Source: an uncultured Verrucomicrobiae bacterium
Lineage (GTDB): Bacteria > Verrucomicrobiota > Verrucomicrobiia > Limisphaerales > Palsa-1400
NCBI GenBank assembly: GCA_963764165.1
Contig: CAVXRD010000002.1
Span: 128,001 to 192,000, forward strand
Length of the DNA: 64,000 bases
Reading direction: 5' to 3'
In this document: in pieces, positions 62,418-64,000 of the stretch
Layout: the number at the start of each line of letters is the position of its first letter
Position numbering within the stretch: position 1 is the first letter of the stretch
Made by a program: the position numbers and the translations under genes
Notes under the pieces: generated by a model
What the model was told of the DNA's origin: nothing
The model's input: only the letters and a program-made list of their open reading frames with translations
Database searches by the model: none

Positions 62418-62444
62418 GTATCGGCAGGTTTTGGAAATACTTTA
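62418..62444 (-). promoter_or_regulatory. Sigma28 (FliA)-type promoter
   Basis: Minus strand TAAAGTAT-N11-GCCGATAC. Confidence 0.7.
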
Positions 62445-62635
62445 GCCTAAGTGTCCAAATATTCGACAGCAGTCGAAGGTCAACCGCCCACCATCGCGGA
62501 GCGCCGTTGAACGACATGTTCGCAGAGACGATTAAAAAGACTTTCATGCTCTATTAGGACCAGAACAGGTGAGGAAGGTTCCTCGGCGATTCCGGTGAAA
62601 TAGCAGTGCCAAATTTAATTGATTTCGGCGAGGAA

Positions 62636-62747
62636 ACTCCGCGTTCTCTGCGCCTCTCTGCGCGCGATTGCGTTTAATGCCACGATGGAACCGACGAGAT
62701 CAGATGGAAAAGAATATTCGCGCAGAGAAGATGAGTGCGCGAGGAAC
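62636..62747. repeat. CGCAGAG-type inverted repeat
   Basis: CGCGTTCTCTGCGCCTCTCTGCGCG and CGCGCAGAGAAGATGAGTGCGCGAGGAA; the latter is nearly the reverse complement of 42573-42602. Confidence 0.65.
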
Positions 62748-62808
62748 TCAAACGACAGGACTTTTCCACGCACTTTCGATTTCCGCGCGCCTTCCGCCAG
62801 ATTCTCCC

Positions 62809-63723
62809 TCAACGCCTCAAGTCCCGCAAATAAACGAGGCTTTGCGGTATTTGCTCTTCAGAAGTCGGCGATTCGTCTTCGATGAAATACCACTCAATTC
62901 CAACCTGATGGGCGGTGATCAGGATGTTTTTCAAGTCGATCTTGCCAGTGCCGAGCGCGACGTCATTTTTCACATCCGTGCCACCCGTCAAGAGGCCGGT
63001 TGGCGTCTCCTTGCGCATGTCCTTTAAGTGCATTAGCTCCCAGCGGAATGGATATTTCCACATCAAACTCACCGGATCCTGGCCGGCGTGGACGATCCAG
63101 AAAATATCCATCTCGAAACCAACATCCGCAGGTTTGGTGGCCCCCACTAGAAGATCGAAAAGCGTGCCATCTTTGTAGGGTTGGAATTCGTATCCATGCG
63201 TATGATAGAAAAAATGCATGTGGTGTTCCGAAGCCAATTTGCCCGCGCGATTGAAAACCGATATGGCCTCGCGGCAGGTGCTTTCATCGAAATTTCCCGA
63301 ATGCGGAATCCACGCGCAACCGACGTAAACCAACCCCAGCTCATGCGCTTCGCGAATGACGTCCTCGGGATGGTCGCGCCAGGCGTCGTAGGAAAAGTGT
63401 CCGCTGACGGCTTCGATATCGTGGGCCGCAAGTTTCGCGCGAAAATCGCCGGGTGAAAGCCCGTAAGTTCCGGCCAGTTCGACGTATTTGATGCCCCAAG
63501 CATGGACTTCCGCCAGCGTGCCATCGACGTCTTTAGCCATTTGGTTGCGGACGCTGTAAAGCTGGAGGCCGGCCACCGTCTTGAAGACGCGCGGATGGAA
63601 AATCGCGCAACCGGCCAGCAAGGCCGCGCCAGCCAGAACCGCAGCCGTGACCAACAAAAACCTTCGCGAATACGCGCCCAAATGCGTCGGAGCTTTCATG
63701 GCGGGATAATGTTCCCGGGACAC
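62809..63723 (-). CDS. Sugar phosphate isomerase/epimerase (TIM barrel), exported
   Basis: SRRFLL signal; [26 protein letters not shown] and FIEDE. Confidence 0.87.
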   Translation of the reverse strand: MSREHYPAMKAPTHLGAYSRRFLLVTAAVLAGAALLAGCAIFHPRVFKTVAGLQLYSVRNQMAKDVDGTLAEVHAWGIKYVELAGTYGLSPGDFRAKLAAHDIEAVSGHFSYDAWRDHPEDVIREAHELGLVYVGCAWIPHSGNFDESTCREAISVFNRAGKLASEHHMHFFYHTHGYEFQPYKDGTLFDLLVGATKPADVGFEMDIFWIVHAGQDPVSLMWKYPFRWELMHLKDMRKETPTGLLTGGTDVKNDVALGTGKIDLKNILITAHQVGIEWYFIEDESPTSEEQIPQSLVYLRDLRR

Positions 63724-63847
63724 GCCGGGCGCAAATCAAAAAAACTTGGGCCATTCTCCGCAAAAACGCCGCATTGACTATTGACGGGCTGAAGGACAGG
63801 CCCGCGTCGTCTTAAACCGGCTTCATGGCCTGATAAACGAAACTTGT

Positions 63848-64000
63848 ATGAAACACATTATGATCGAATGGCGCAAAGTGACTGCCTTGGCGGCTCTGTT
63901 GATTTGCTTTGGCATCTGTTCAGCCCGGGCACAGGCGGATTACGACCAAGCTATTTACAGCGGCCAACTGACAAATGGCTGGGAAAGTTGGAGCTGGTGC
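63848..64000 (+). CDS. Secreted protein, N-terminus only (possible carbohydrate-active enzyme)
   Basis: Manual translation MKHIMIEWRKVTALAALLICFGICSARAQADYDQAIYSGQLTNGWESWSW; signal peptide followed by an IY..L.NGW..WSW motif. Confidence 0.65.
   Translation, partial: MKHIMIEWRKVTALAALLICFGICSARAQADYDQAIYSGQLTNGWESWSWC

Overview
64 kb of GC-rich bacterial chromosome. Gene content (N-methyl prepilin/H-X9-DG protein, BBP2-type porin, beta-propeller/Y_Y_Y sensor kinases, planctomycete-type ECF sigma factor) points to Verrucomicrobiota, probably Pedosphaera-like; this is inferred. In order, the window holds: a sigma54-type porin-urtABC urea uptake operon; a prepilin-like gene; a two-component pair; a decayed ECF/transposase scar; YciI; a 2456-aa glycine-rich repeat surface protein; cardiolipin synthase followed by an AT-richer small-gene cassette; a giant FtsX-type permease; MscS; lat-pcd lysine catabolism; ruvB; a smc-hyp-hyp-pepF-murJ run; an ECF/anti-sigma/serine hydrolase unit with a frameshift; a PadR operon; ydeI; dprA; two HDOD proteins; a hybrid kinase with an ECF; and a sigma28-type lipoprotein-flgM-fliS-flgN block. 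I saw no rRNA, tRNA, CRISPR array or intact mobile element. The most unusual signals are: (i) a composite REP element read in frame inside the N-termini of two secreted proteins, in opposite orientations; (ii) several families of 9-10-bp-periodic inverted repeats; (iii) a sigma70 promoter plus boxA with no gene behind it; (iv) duplicated cls fragments in and after a small-gene cassette; (v) a pseudo-REC-HDOD-TM-GspB-like fusion under a sigma28 promoter. All family calls come from motif recognition, not database searches.
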